Shown: piece after piece, positions 12,342 through 26,500 of the stretch
Numbering within the stretch: position 1 is the stretch's first letter
How the letters are laid out: every line of letters starts with the position of its first letter
DNA from: Bugula neritina
Taxonomy: Eukaryota; Animalia; Bryozoa
DNA length: 64,000 nucleotides
Assembly (NCBI GenBank): GCA_964035545.1
Contig: OZ037771.1
Span: forward strand, 14,445,133-14,509,132
Reading direction: 5' to 3'
Position numbers and translations under genes: made by a program
The notes under the pieces: generated by a model
The model's input: the letters and a program-made list of their open reading frames with translations, nothing else
Told to the model about the DNA's origin: nothing
Database searches by the model: none

Positions 12342-12548
12342 GTAAGTACATCACTGTCTTATATTCATACACTACTCTACTCTAGGCAGTGTTTTACTGT
12401 TCTGTAGTATAACTATTATATCTTATAGATTGATTAAAGGATTTTTTACTCATCATAATTTGTGGGATCTAAGACAATAAGTGTTTGAAGACTGCAAGGT
12501 TTTTCACCTTAACAGTTTAGTATTTGTTGGCAGGAAAACAACTGAACC

Positions 12549-14963
12549 ATGAAGGTTGCCGTAGTCATCCTCGCTGTTGCTATTGTTGGAGCTTTTGCTC
12601 AGGAATCTGCAGATTCTGGAGTACCAGAATTCGTGTGCACCAGCAGTAACTCTTTTGTCTGCACAGTAAGTAACTCTACAAGCAATTTATCTTTACATAT
12701 ATATTATTTAGTTTAGTTTAGTTTAGGTTGTTGAGGAACCAACATTCAAATTACTAATCAAAATTGCAAGTTTTAAAGCCTAAAATTTGAAACACGTAAC
12801 ATACATTAGATAATCTTTTTATCATATAAATATTAAATCATGCAAACATTATAGTATTGTATTATAGTACAGTACCTACTAATGTACAGTTTTACTTTCA
12901 CATCAACAGAATAAATAAAAACGTTTTCAACTAGTAAATGCTCCTCTACTCATTTTCCTCAAGTAGGTTTAACAATTACAAAAAATTGTAGTTCCAGAAA
13001 CTGGGACATAGCATCAAGTATCACGCTAAAAAATTGGGATCAAAACTTTCTGATGTGGGCGGCTCCATCTTAGGCGCCACCATCGATCAAGGAAAGAACC
13101 TTTTGGCCAACGGTGCCCAAGGCAAGTACATGCATAAACTAGTAAATATAAATTGTGCATAAAAAGCAAGTATACTTGGACATCAATGCAAGAATAATTT
13201 TACTGTCAATATTCACTCTCTGAAGTCGTAACACCATGACAGCTGCATCTCACTGACCTTGATTGGTAAACTTATTACACTTCTCTTGCTAGCTATTCTT
13301 TCTATTAACATTCAGTTTATTTTATTAGCTGTGCTTGGAACCGTTCTGGAACATCTCAACAAGGAGGGTCTCGTAGGAAAGAGAGAACAAAGCTCTTTCC
13401 TCAGCAAAGTTAGAGACCATGTCAAGAATGGGTTTGACAAGCTCAAACAGGTGAAACTTAATGACACTTTTGCAGTCTATAACAGCAAAATTATTCTGAT
13501 GACTTTAAATTTGTAATTTGATGACAATGGCTTGAAATGAACCGCCCAAAGCGTACAAATTCACCGTTTACTCGTTGCAGATCAAAGAAGGTCTACACAC
13601 AGCCTTCAAGAACGCAGTTGACAGGCTCCACAGCAAATTGGTCGATGTTGCAGCACTCAAGAACATTGATGACGATGCTGACAAAGCAGTTGATGATGCC
13701 GTAGGTCAGTCAGTTTGTCAAGCATAATGAGCAAATTAAAATATTTTGTTCTTGTTAAGAAGGACAACTCTAACATCAAATAATTTTGCAGATGAGTTCA
13801 ACAAGGAAGGTAACAAAGGAAGATTCGCCATGGCCAAGGCTATTGCTGGTAAAATCAGGGATATCTTCAAGGCTGGTATGGATAAACTGAGAGAGAGATT
13901 CGGTAAGAAGGTTGAGGAGAGAGCTATCTTTGGATTCGACTCTCTTTCTGATGCCTGGGAGAAAGCTAAGGGACATTTGAGCAACCTCGGTGGTGCCATT
14001 GCTGATACCTTCAAGCCTCATATCGATTCTCTCAAACAGGTATGCCTTCTTAATTTTAATTTAAATTCATTGTTGCTTTTCAAAAAGAACAGTCGATGCG
14101 TTGATTTTCTTTTGAGTTAAAGAGCTTTCTTGATAACCAAATGCCAATTTTTGAATTCAGTAAATTTTTTTTAAAATTTGATCAAACTAGCACATCACTA
14201 ATAAAAATACACACTCATTTTGATTGATTTCAGGGTGTTAGTGCACTCGGAGACCAAGTCAAGGCTCATGCTGGAAACATTGCTGGAAAACTTAAAGAAT
14301 CATTCGATGGTCTGAAGGGCAAACTGTCTGGACACATTGACACCCTCAAAGGTCACGCTGCCACTCTTGGATCCCACGCTACCAACGCTCTCAAAGCTCT
14401 TGGAGAGGCTGTCGCTGGCATCACCCGTAAGTGCAGACACCTTGAATTCTACTCTGAGTAGAGATGTTAGGTTTATAAAAGTTGCTTTACTTTTCACCTA
14501 AACTACTTTCTCACTACCTCAAAACTTTAATGAAAACTGTTGTCCTATACCTGGTGACTTACATCTTAGCTTGTGATTTACTTATTAGCTAGTAACTTAC
14601 CTATTAAGTTAGTGACTTATAATTCATTAGTTAGTTACTTAATTATTAGCTAGTAACTTATATAATTTATTGGTTATTTACTTACATATTAGTTAACTAC
14701 TCACATATTATTTATTGATTTGCCTAATAGCCAGTGACTTACCTATTAGCTAGTGATTTACCCATCAGCTACTCAGTCAGCTGTACTTACTTCTTCAGTT
14801 ATTTGTGAACAAGTTGAAATATAATCATTATTCTGTTGAATATTTGTTTTATACAGAGCAAGTGGCTAGCAACATCTCTGGAACCGCCAGCGATGCCGTC
14901 AAGACCGTAGTTGATGCTGCCGGAGTTGTCAGCAACCACGTCGGAGATGCTGTCGCAAACTAA
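12549..14963 (+). CDS. Secreted amphipathic-helix multi-peptide precursor, gene 2 (346 aa, chimeric)
   Basis: Coding exons 12549-12665, 12992-13121 (GC donor), 13329-13450, 13581-13704, 13792-14039, 14234-14426, 14857-14963 give an intact 1041-nt frame. N-terminus resembles gene 3; the remainder resembles gene 1. Confidence 0.92.
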
Positions 14964-17900
14964 ATCTAAAATTATCAAATTTTTGTGAACATCTTAAGTA
15001 TTGAGATCTGACAATAAAATATTCCTATAACATAAAGTATACCTTCAAGTTGTTATCTTATTGATTCTTTTGCCTATTGTATTATTGAGTATAATATAGT
15101 AAGTAGCAACTTAAAGACTTCAACAACTCTCTCTATAAAGCTATATTCAGCACATTGTGGGAAAGGCTTATAATACAAGATATTTTTTCATAAACACTAA
15201 AATTAAAGTTTGCCAAACACTGCTAAGCTTTTAGGTGTATCAAATATTCAAAACACACCCCCAGCATGGTATTTTTATAATATAAATATGCTCATAAGAA
15301 AATATGTCTTGCTATATTCAACATCTAGTAGTTTAAGGAATCACTCAAGCAAAGATAGAAATAAGAATAGATTATACAACGGAATCCCTGTGTTTTATAG
15401 AGTGGGATCTTAGCAAACTCATTAATTAACCTTTATTTGGGGTTTGAGAGACAGCTACCGGAGGTGACTAAGCTCTCATTTTGTAATGCTAAGCAAACTG
15501 TTGATGACAAACCAAAATAATTAGACTAACTCAAGAACAGCTACAATGAGTTGCTTGTGTTGATAGCATACCTTTAAAAATTTTCCTATTAGCTATAAGC
15601 TATGTTTTGTTTTACATTTTCTTTCACAATATTTCTAGAAAAAGCTTTTACCAAGCATTGCCAGTGTAAATCTGTTTTTTCCAAGATATATGTTTCACAA
15701 ATTTAAAAATACTTGTTTATTATAGACCAATAAACTAATTTTATAAAAGTCATATAAGTAGATGAATAATTAATGCAACGCTAATCTATGTAAAACTAAT
15801 TTGTTTCCCAATCTTAATGCTTGAAGGGCAATTCGCCAATCACATGAAGTTACCTTGCAGCTAATCTACTAAATACTATAAGCTATATCACATTCCAGAG
15901 ATAGGACTAGAGGTTATTATGACATAATGCATTGCTCTGTAAATATTACAGAAAAATTTTTGGATGTTTGGTGCTATAGTTGCAAGCTTCAAGCTTTACT
16001 AGAGTTCTTAAAATCATGTGACAGCACTATGAGTCACACCCATCACAAATAGCAAGAGCAATGAAGTCTAAGAAAATAAAATAAAATTAAATATAAAAGT
16101 TTTATACAGTCATCATATGTAAAATTTCCAAAAAGATATTCATACTACATAGAATATCCTTACAACAGTATAGATGCAAATACTTGTAGGTATTATACAT
16201 ATAATATAAGGATAACAAAAACATGAACATAAATACAATGCACATAAATACAATCTAAAGATACAAAAGGAACACATATACTACAAATATGGATGCATTA
16301 TAATATAAAAAATAGATGCATGTGTAATAAAGAATCAAAATATCTGTTATATGAAAACTAGATTTTGTTACTGACAGTTGTGAGCAATCCAACAATGAGC
16401 AAATAACTCCTAACATATTCAAACTGCCTCAATTATTGTCGTAGTATTATTTGGCATTAATTTATAGCTTTAGCTAAAAGCAGTGTTCTAACTGCATACA
16501 TTATTATTTAAAAAGCCACCGCTCCACTAATATCAAAGCAATTGCTCTACTTTTTACAACTATTCCTCTAACTTGAACACAGGTTTTTTAAACAACACTC
16601 AGTCACATGACAGTCACATGACAGTTACATGACAGTCACATGACAGTCACGTGACAGTCACGTGATATTAGTAGTAGTTTTAGTTTTGTTACTGGCCACA
16701 GTTGCAGCAACATTACATAACTATGGCAGCTGAGCTCTGCTAAATAAGTCTAGTGTATTTCTCTCTGTAATAGAACACTCTTGTACCATCTTGAGAGGTT
16801 TAACTTTGGTGATGCAGCACTAACTTGTCTAACAGGAAACATGAACACCTATCTACTGTAAATCAAACTGTAAGAGAGAGGTTGAAAAGTAGGCCATATA
16901 GGAGCACCCTATGTGAACAGAATAGTTTTATGCTCATAAAGCTACTAATTAGTGTGCTTTTAGCTGTTTTTGCATTCTTCAAGTTGTACTATAACTTTCA
17001 ACACCGTAATGATATTTTTTGATGCTTTAAATGGAATGTTGATTATTCTTTCTTTATAAAACAGTTTTTTTCAGAAATACTTTCTATAGGCTTGTAGCAA
17101 ATATGATTTTTGCAAATTTTTGTTGCAATATAAAATCTTATCACTGCAAAGAGAAATCAAGCATAGCTGAAAGCTTTTGCTTTCCCATTTTTGGGAGCCG
17201 AACCCGTTGATATATAACCCCAAAGCTGCATATACAACTCTAAGGTTACATATATTATTATACCTTTAAGGCCACCTATATACTTTTAAAGTTGCATAAT
17301 ATACTTATACCTTCAAACCCACATCATAGCACTAAAGATAAATATATATTACATATAATACAATTGCAAACCATTTTGTAACTCATTTGTTACCTGTATA
17401 ATTTTCAGATAAACAGAGCCCTGGTTTGATTTTATACTGGTGTATTGTAGATAAGGTAGTTAACTCAACAGGTGTAGTGACTTTTGTAAATTATGTGTCT
17501 TTTGGCATCAATATTGCCTGACTTAAGTGCTGACAGATATAATAGCAGTAGTGTGGTTGACTATTACATACAACTGTGCTAAGTAATACTAAACCATTAA
17601 TATCAGTTGAGTTGCAAAAAGCAATTTACCTCGGTGAAGTAATTTTAACAGAGAAAGTGTCATGACAGTCAATTTGATTGCTTCTTTTTTGTTTCATAAA
17701 ACTTGTTTCTATACTTCAATTATTACACACAGTAAAATGAAGGTAATAGATCACGTGGAATAGACACATGGCAAGCTTAAACGTTGTCCTTATTTGCGTC
17801 AATCTACAGATAACTGACTGAGAGAAACTGCAGATGGCGTAGCGATGTTCTTGTGCTGCTAGAGACCGGATGCTAACTGTTGTTGAGTTACACAGACAGG

Positions 17901-17992
17901 TGCAACATTCACATAGCCTAGAAGGTAAAGGGTGGTGACTGAAGAGACCCCATATGTTTGACAGATTCCTTATAGAACCTCAACTAATAGAG

Positions 17993-18044
17993 TATAAAAG
18001 GAGTGGACAGGGACTCTAAGCTTCACTCTTGTAGTCGGAATAAA
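17993..18044 (+). promoter_or_regulatory. TATA box, initiator and non-coding exon 1 of precursor gene 3
   Basis: TATAAAA at 17993, TCACTC initiator, donor GTAAGT at 18045. Confidence 0.8.
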
Positions 18045-18251
18045 GTAAGTACATTACTGTCTTATATTCATACACTACTCTACTCTAGGCAGTGTTTTAC
18101 TGTTCTGTAGTATAACTATTATATCTTATAGCTTGATTAAAGGATTTTTTACTCATCATAATTTGTGTGATCTAAGACAATAAGTGTTTGAAGACTGCAA
18201 AGTTTTTCACCCTAACAGTTTAGTATTTGTTGACAGGAAAACAACTGAACC

Positions 18252-20463
18252 ATGAAGGTTGCCGTAGTCATCCTCGCTGTCGCTATTGTTGGAGCTTTTG
18301 CTCAGGAATCTGCAGATTCTGGAGTACCAGATTTCGTGTGCACCAGCAGTAACGCCTTTGTGTGCAAGGTTTGTTATATTTGCATATTTTCATTCTCTAG
18401 TCCTTCAATCACAGAAGTGTTCAGTAGAATTAAAAATTCTTAAGTTTGTTGATTATTGTTGAAATAATTTCATCAAGCTTCATTAAATTTATCATGATGC
18501 TATATACTAGACACCTTTGAAACAATGACCTTTACAAAATATTTGCTTTAAATGAACAGTTGCAAGAAGTTGGACACCACATCAAGTACCATGCTACAAA
18601 GCTAGGAAGTCAACTTGGGAAAGTTGGAAGTGCTGTTTTGGGAAGTGCTATTGACCAAGGAAAAACTCTTTTGGCCAACGGGGCTCAAGGTGAGTAAAAC
18701 CATTTAAACAAATAAAATAAAGCTAATTTCACAAGGAGGAAATAAACCATGTTTTAATAATCAGCACTAATTAATGTGCAATTTAAATGTGAAGTATATA
18801 AATAATTAGGCTACAATATGAAAGGCATTACAAGTGTGTAGTAGTATATAAAGTGAAACAGATTAAACAATAGAAGTTGTATTCATGTCACAAGGTTTAA
18901 TTATAACAACATGATGCAACTGCCATATACATTGGTACTTTATAAACAAAGTTGACTAGAAAATTTATAATTTATTCGGTTTTACTAAATAGAATCAATC
19001 AATTCAATTCACAACATGCTATATGTTCGGTTTTATTATTTATATTTTAGCTGTGCTTGGAACCGTTCTGGAACATCTCAACAAGGAGGGTCTTGTAGGA
19101 AAGAGAGAAGAAAGCTCTTTCCTCAGCAAAGTTAAAGAGCACCTTCAAGCTGGATCGGGTCTACTTAATAAGGTAAACAAAGTCACATGACCACATAAAG
19201 TCACATGACCGCTATTATGTCAAGTTGCTTGCTTTTAACTTTGAAGAGACTCATATTATAATTAACAATTTCTAACAGAAAAAGTTCGCTTGCAAATTTA
19301 TGGAGTTATTTCATAAATTTCGCATATTGTTAGATCAAAGAAGATCTTCACGCTGCATTCAAGAAAGCAGCCCAACAAATTACCGGCAAGATCGCTGACT
19401 TGTCAGCACTCAAGAAAGTTGATCAGGATGCTGTCAAGGAGATCGACGCTGCCATTGGTATGTAACCTCTTGATTCCTTACTAATAGCCATCACGTAAAG
19501 ATGATTCAAACGACATCAAGTTTTCAAATATTCTTGACATTGGGAGCAATGGAAAGATATTTGCTAAGAATTTATTACTCCAACATTAAATAAAAAAGTA
19601 TATTGATCTTGTAAAGAGTGAACGACTCTAACATCAAATAATTTTGCAGATGAGTTCAACAAGAAAGGTAACAAAGGAAGATACGCCATGGCTAAGGCTA
19701 TTACTGGTAAAATCAGGGATATTTTCGAGGCTGGTATGGACAAACTGAGAGAGAGATTCGGTAAGAAGGTTGAGGAGAGAGCTATCTTTGGATTCGACTC
19801 TCTTTCTGATGCCTTTGAGAAAGCTAAGGGACATTTGAGCAACCTCGGTGGTGCCATTGCTGATACCTTCAAGCCTCATATCGATTCTCTCAAGCAGGTG
19901 CGTGGTCAGATACAAGCAATGAATTTATGCATAACACTGTAAGCTGGTGACTCAGCTGTAAAGGCTACCACTACTATACCGTAGCAAAGTTGCAAACATG
20001 TTAAAAAAAACTTTTTGCTATGACATTGTTCAAAACTTTTGTGTGGAAGGTATTAGAGCATCAACTAAATAGAATAACATCATTTTCAAACTGAAACTTA
20101 CAGGGAATTGCATCTCTTGGAGATCAAGCCAAAACCCACGCTGGAAACCTTGTTAACGCTGCAAAGGATTCTTTCAATGACCTCAAAACAAAGCTTGCTG
20201 GTCATGTCGACACCCTTAAAGGTCATGCTGCCACTCTCGGAACTCACGCTACCGATGCCCTCAACGCCTTGAAGGCAGCCGTTTCTGGCATCGCGAGTAA
20301 GTCCCGAGACGTTCTCTGAACAGATCATTACAAACCTTTCTTGAATTTTGATATCAAATATCTTATAATTATTCAACTCGGCTAATTTTGTTTTTTAGGG
20401 GAAGTTGCCAGTAACGTTGCCGATACCGTTAAAGATGCTGTCAGCGATGTTGTCTCCAACTAA
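18252..20463 (+). CDS. Secreted amphipathic-helix multi-peptide precursor, gene 3 (332 aa)
   Basis: Coding exons 18252-18368, 18560-18689, 19051-19172, 19334-19457, 19650-19897, 20104-20296, 20399-20463 give 999 nt. All introns GT-AG, same phases as genes 1 and 2, AATAAA at 20529. Confidence 0.92.
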
Positions 20464-23400
20464 CTTAGTCATGCTGCCAAGTTATGAAAAAACATTATTT
20501 ATGTAACAACAGAGATATCTAATTTACCAATAAAACATACGAATATCTCAACAGTGTGTTTGTTGCTTTTAATGATCTGTAGCTTTTGTAGCATAATCTA
20601 TAGCTCAATGATTGAATATTGTTAAGAGCGCAGTGATTGCATAATATAATCTAGTAAAGGAAGTGATGCCAGTAGATCGCTTCAAAAATGAAAATTAAAT
20701 GATATAAAATGGTAGTTAATGTAAACAAAGTCAAGCTTTAAAAAATCATTTGTTCCTAAAAAACTAATGTTTTGCAGAAACGCAACAATAAGCATGCGTC
20801 TTCACCTTTTATTAAAATGAGAAATCTTCTTAAGCACAAAATATGAAAACAGGATGTCATAAGAAAGCATAGCATTGTCTCTAAATAGAATGCAGATATC
20901 AATTTATTGAAGTAGCTATTTAGCTTTGAAAATATTCATGTCTCTATTTCTTTACATCATTTGTCATCTTCTATCCCTATTGTACAAAACCTGTTGCAAC
21001 ACAAAATGTCTGTAAATTATAAATATGATAATCAGCGCAGCAATGTATGTTAGAAATATCTTTCATAGTGCAATCAGATTATCTTCAAATTTGATTATTT
21101 TTAATAAAATTGTATATTATGTGTCATTCTTTCAATATTTGGAAATGAAATGTTTTTGCAGCGACTTTTGTTGAAGTATTGAAACAAATTTTAATTAATA
21201 TAGTTGAAACACTTGTCTAAAGTAAGTCTAAAATCATACTTGATACTTTTAGTATTATAATAATTCATTAAATTATAACATGAATAAAATAAAATAATTA
21301 TGTTAAACACTTTGTCACGATTTTCTTATTTATTATAAAGATAAAATTAAACTGAGAAAACATTAATTTTAGCCATTTATACATTTAAAAAAATTAAAAG
21401 AATTGTAGCATGTTCAAATGTTAAAGGAGATAATATAACACAAAAGATAGTTTAAAATCATATATCAATAATGAAGTATGACATGATAATATAACATATT
21501 ATAATATAACAACAATATAACGTATTGCACTATATAACGTTGTATAAGAAAAAATAAAATATTGTAACAATATGAGGTAAAAGATTATAAAAATATAATT
21601 CATAATAAAATAAAACATAGCCCAACAATATATTACAATAAAATAACATAACACCGCAATATAACATAAAGTATTTTAAGCCTGGTATTTTATTTAAAAA
21701 GCATTAAAAGCACCAAATATAATTCTAATAAAAACTTTGCATGAATGAATGCTCTTACAGTTGTGGGTTTAGAAACATACAACTCAATGTATATTTTAGC
21801 ATTATTTAATAATACATAATATTGCTTAAAATTGTTAGGCATCAAGAGTTACTAAGCCTTAACTGAGAGAGTAGCATAACAAGTGTGTAGTCACAAAAAT
21901 AATGTTAACTGCAAAGAAGCCTAAAGGTATTTTGAAAAAGTCTAAAGTAGTGTGAAGGGGTTAAAGGGGTGTGCCAAGGACCGTATATATAGCAATCAAG
22001 TGTTTCAAAGGGGTATTAAATCAGTGGATACAGGTAAACGTGGTGCAAAGGAATACAAAGTGGCATAAAGGAAAACAAAAAGTTACAAAAAAATGAAGAA
22101 GTACAAATATATTGTATAGGACTATTAAGTTTTATTATCAAACTACAATTGTTGAAACTTTACATAAGCTGGGAAAGCTTTCCTTAATGCATGATAGCTT
22201 TTCACATATCATCACAGCTATGCCAGCTATAATGTGCTTTTTCCACATTCATTATGGCTACTACACAAAAGGTAGTAACGGTTTTTGACTAGTATAAGAA
22301 CCCAGCATTTTTCACTTATCCACACACTTGCGTCTCACTCTTGCAACTTGCAACTTATGATATAACCTTTTTCACATTGCCATTTTTTTCAGCCTGCTAC
22401 AATAAATATTTTTATACACTTAAAACACAATTTACGCCTTTTAAAAAATAAATCAGTTTTTTGAAAAACAGAAATTCGTATAATGAATATCTATAACGGT
22501 TTACTTCTACCAATAGCTCTAGTGGCTTTAACAGAGTACCATGAGAATAGCTGCAGCAGGTTGTTTACGTTACATAATATCCTGCAACTAGCCTTAAAAT
22601 AGAACGGAAAGGGAAGATAGTAAAGTATTTATCAGTGACTACATTCAGTGAACAACCATATGTTAATCTATGATAACAAAAAGGTAGCAACAACACATCA
22701 ATATAGTGTAGAATATTGTAGAGCAATATAGAACATATTATTCCTAAAGAGCATTCTTTAACACTATAAAACAGTGAAAAACATCATAGAAAATTATAGA
22801 ACAAGATATAACAATATAGACCAATAATAAAAACTATAAAATGCTTTAGAACAGCATAGACAACTATAGAAAAATGTAGACCGTTATAAAGTACTATAGA
22901 ATAATCTAGAACAGCATAGAACAGTTTATAGATAACTCTTATGCAATCATAAAAGTTCTAATCATGTTTAAAATCTGTAAAAGATCTATTCTATCATACA
23001 TTTGTTTTTTAAGTTAATTTCCCTCCTCGAAAGTTTGCTTTCACCAACTTTCAGAAGAAAGTTAATGGATGGTTTAGTTGACAAAAATGTTATAGTGTCA
23101 CATTACTATCATATGTGGCTTGGGACAGGCTGCTTGGGTTTAGCAAGCATTGACGTCATCATATTATATGGCCATACATAGCGTGACAGGAAATCTGACG
23201 ATTCCCATAGCCCTCAGCTAGTGTGAGCCTACTATACTAGCAACTTAAGCAAACAATTCTAATCAACTAATTTAGTTACACAATTTACAAAAATAAAATT
23301 TCTCACATGTATCAAAAGCTGATTACGTGACATACTTTCAAAAAACCACAGTTGAAAGTTGCCTTTAGTGCCGATAACCCAAGGTTTGCTGGTTGAATTT

Positions 23401-23507
23401 AAAGTTGTAACATTTCTTTTTGATAATGTATATTTAATTTTGGCAATATTAGAAACAGTTAGTAGAAAGTTCAGTTTGATTTAATTATGTTTTTATTTTT
23501 ATTGTAG

Positions 23508-26500
23508 ATGAAGGTGTTAGGGACTTTGCTAGTTGTGGTAGTCTTGTTTAACGTGTGTCATGGTGGAACACTCACTGACAAGTTTAAAGAAATTGGAGAC
23601 AACCTTAAACAGACTGGAACCGAAATAAAGAATAAACTGACGGGCATTACTCAATCTCTGGGAATTGTTGCTAAAAGCAAACTAAAAAGCTTGGCTTCAC
23701 AGAGTTTACAGGGTTAGTATGTCCTTCGTACATTGTACTGCTTCAATTTCTTTCATTGTATGTATATCTGTATGATGAATTTGTAGTTGCAGTTTGCGTT
23801 AAGTTATGATTGTGGTAGTTTCATTCAATGCAATTGTCTCCAAATACCAAAAGAAAAATCTATTGCATAATTCCAGCAGTGAAAACAGGTGTTATATTGT
23901 ATTTGATTTAGACCTCATTTCATTTCCGTTATTTTCCACTCTTGACGAGTTATTGAAACTTGCATATGTGTATATACTGTATTAACAAGAATGTAGCATT
24001 ATTGAAGTATACAGTTCATTTCAAATTTAGCCCCGTTGTGTAATTCTAACTGTTGTTTGAAAAATTGAGTTTGCATTGTTGCACTTGATTACGTTCTGCT
24101 AACAACAGATTTGATGTAGAATTTAGATCAAACTTTCTTATTTTTAAGTAATTATCAAGCAGCAGCAGCAATATCCTAATTATATCTATATGAACTACTT
24201 ATTGTTTAGTCAATATTAAAGTATATGACGTCAGTTGGTACTTTTTGGCAGCTTTGGCCGGTGCTGTTATAACTAGCTTCAAGGGGTTTGACCTTGGCGA
24301 AATACTATTTGGAAAGCGAGAGTTGGGTGCCGTACAGTACTTCAGGCAGCTGGTAAGTGTCAGTAACTACTATAAAATGCCAACAATCAACTGTAGGGTG
24401 TCAGCAATAAACAATCATAATAGATGACTATTTCTTTGCTATATGACAAATAGAGAAACACAATCATAATATGAAAATTTAAATCGAATGGACAGAATTA
24501 TCTTCTATCTATAAATTAAAGATTGGCATTTCTCTGAATTAATTTACTCTGTAAAGCTTGTAATATGCGTCTAATGCAAATAATATAAGATCTAATTAAT
24601 CATGATATAATAAACTCCTACAGTGGAAAAGAGTTTAAGTTATCATTTTCAGGCAGCACAGGTGAAAGAGACTCTAGATAAAGTATTCAAGAAGACATTC
24701 GATAGATTCAGCAGCGTCATCAAGAGTTTGGGTCAGCAAAAATCCACGAAGCAGCTGCATTCTGAACTGGCAGAGATTGCTGGTAAGTTTAGTTATTGAT
24801 GTAAATGCAGTAGATGGAACAAGTTGTATAAAATATTTAAATTAATATATTCTTATTATATCTAATTATATCTAAATATAACGCATAAAATCTATCTAAA
24901 ATATCATAACTTAAAAGTAAAGTAAACAATCCAAATGATTATAAACTAAGAATCTAAAGCAGCGATTAAAAGGACTAATAGTTTTATATAATGCTATATT
25001 TCTGTCTTAGAACTGCATTGAAAACAAAAAATACTATACAATCTTTCCTTATAATAGTGCAATATTTGTAATATATTATATATGTAATGTATATAGCATT
25101 CAATATACGTAATGTGTATACTATATAATATATATAATATTTATAATATAATATAATATGATATACATGTTATGTAATATGTATAGTACACAAGATATGC
25201 AATATATGTATATTATAGATCATATATTATATGTAATATGTATAATATAATATAATATACTATATACATATACATATTATGTAATATGTGTAGTACATAG
25301 GATATGTAACATGTATAATATTATGTAACTGCAGTTTTAAGTTGTGTCGCACACTATTATGTTTTAATACAACACTGCTTGGCCAATTAGAGTAAACAAG
25401 TTTACTTTACAGGCCAGGCTTTACTTAGCAAAGTTTAGCAGACTACAGGTATACCTGTAAGCAAGGTGTGTTTGTAGCCTTCTAGAAATGGAGGTAACTT
25501 TGATAACTGAATCTTTGTCACATTTGACAACGATATGCTAATTAGTCTTAGCAGCTTATTTCAAAATATGATTCATCACTTTGACTATATCTCAAAGTAT
25601 ATGCTTGTATTTAAACATTAGTTTGTCTCATATTATGACTGTTGGTATGATAGTATAGTGGTATATATCTATTTCATTAAACTGTAATGCAACTCTCTCT
25701 ACTTGTTACAACAGATGACCATGAGCTGGCAGCAAGAAGCATTGTTGGAGATACCCTTAACACTGGAATAAACTTTATCAAGAATGCTTACCAGAAACTC
25801 AAGGTAAATTTCAGTAGATAAAAAGAAGTTAAATTTTCATCAAATCAACAATAAATATGTACTTTAAGCTATTAGTTAGTGGAGCCTGAAACAACCTCAC
25901 ATGCTAATTAATTTTAAGCCACAAAAACTAAAATTTAGCTGAATTTCTAATAAAACTTCCTTGAGCCTGGTTAAGGGCACTTCACAAGAACGTCTCTTCT
26001 CGTCAACTACTTGATAGTTCCACAGCCAACTTATCTTACGTTTGCTTAGAGCATGTTACCGTTTAGACTGGTAAAGCATACTAGCAACTACAGCTTTCTA
26101 ATCAGAATAAAAGCTAATTTAATATAAGTTCTCCAATATTCTTGTAGTTTGTTTGACACGTTGTAAAAGGAGTTGTATTACTTCTGTTGGAAATACCGTT
26201 AGCTATTTATAGCTTTGCAATGTTGATGACAGTCAATTACACATATTAGTAATTAATTTGCTGACTTTCTTCATTTTTGCATGCAGCCTGAACTTGCAAA
26301 ACTTGAAGCAATTTTTTATAATCATCTTAAGAGAAAAAAATGTTTTTATGTTTTCTTCTAGGACTTTCTTGGAAGTAAGACTAAAATAGCAGACCCTGTA
26401 ATGATCAGCAAAAGAGGTTTACTCACCGATGCCTGGGACAGTCTGATGGGCAGACTAAACACACTCAAAGAGCAGTTCCAGCCACACTATGCTAAGACCA

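Larger units (their letters stand above)
6060..18350 (+). repeat. Tandem segmental duplication: about 6060-12650 repeated as about 12650-18350
   Basis: Exons, introns and intergenic DNA align at high identity by eye, with indels and two copy-specific transposon insertions. Confidence 0.93.

Noticed and set aside
15548-15731. ~185-bp segment present only in the second duplicate as a transposon
   Set aside because: No terminal repeats. The flanking CAAT microhomology fits a deletion in the first copy equally well.
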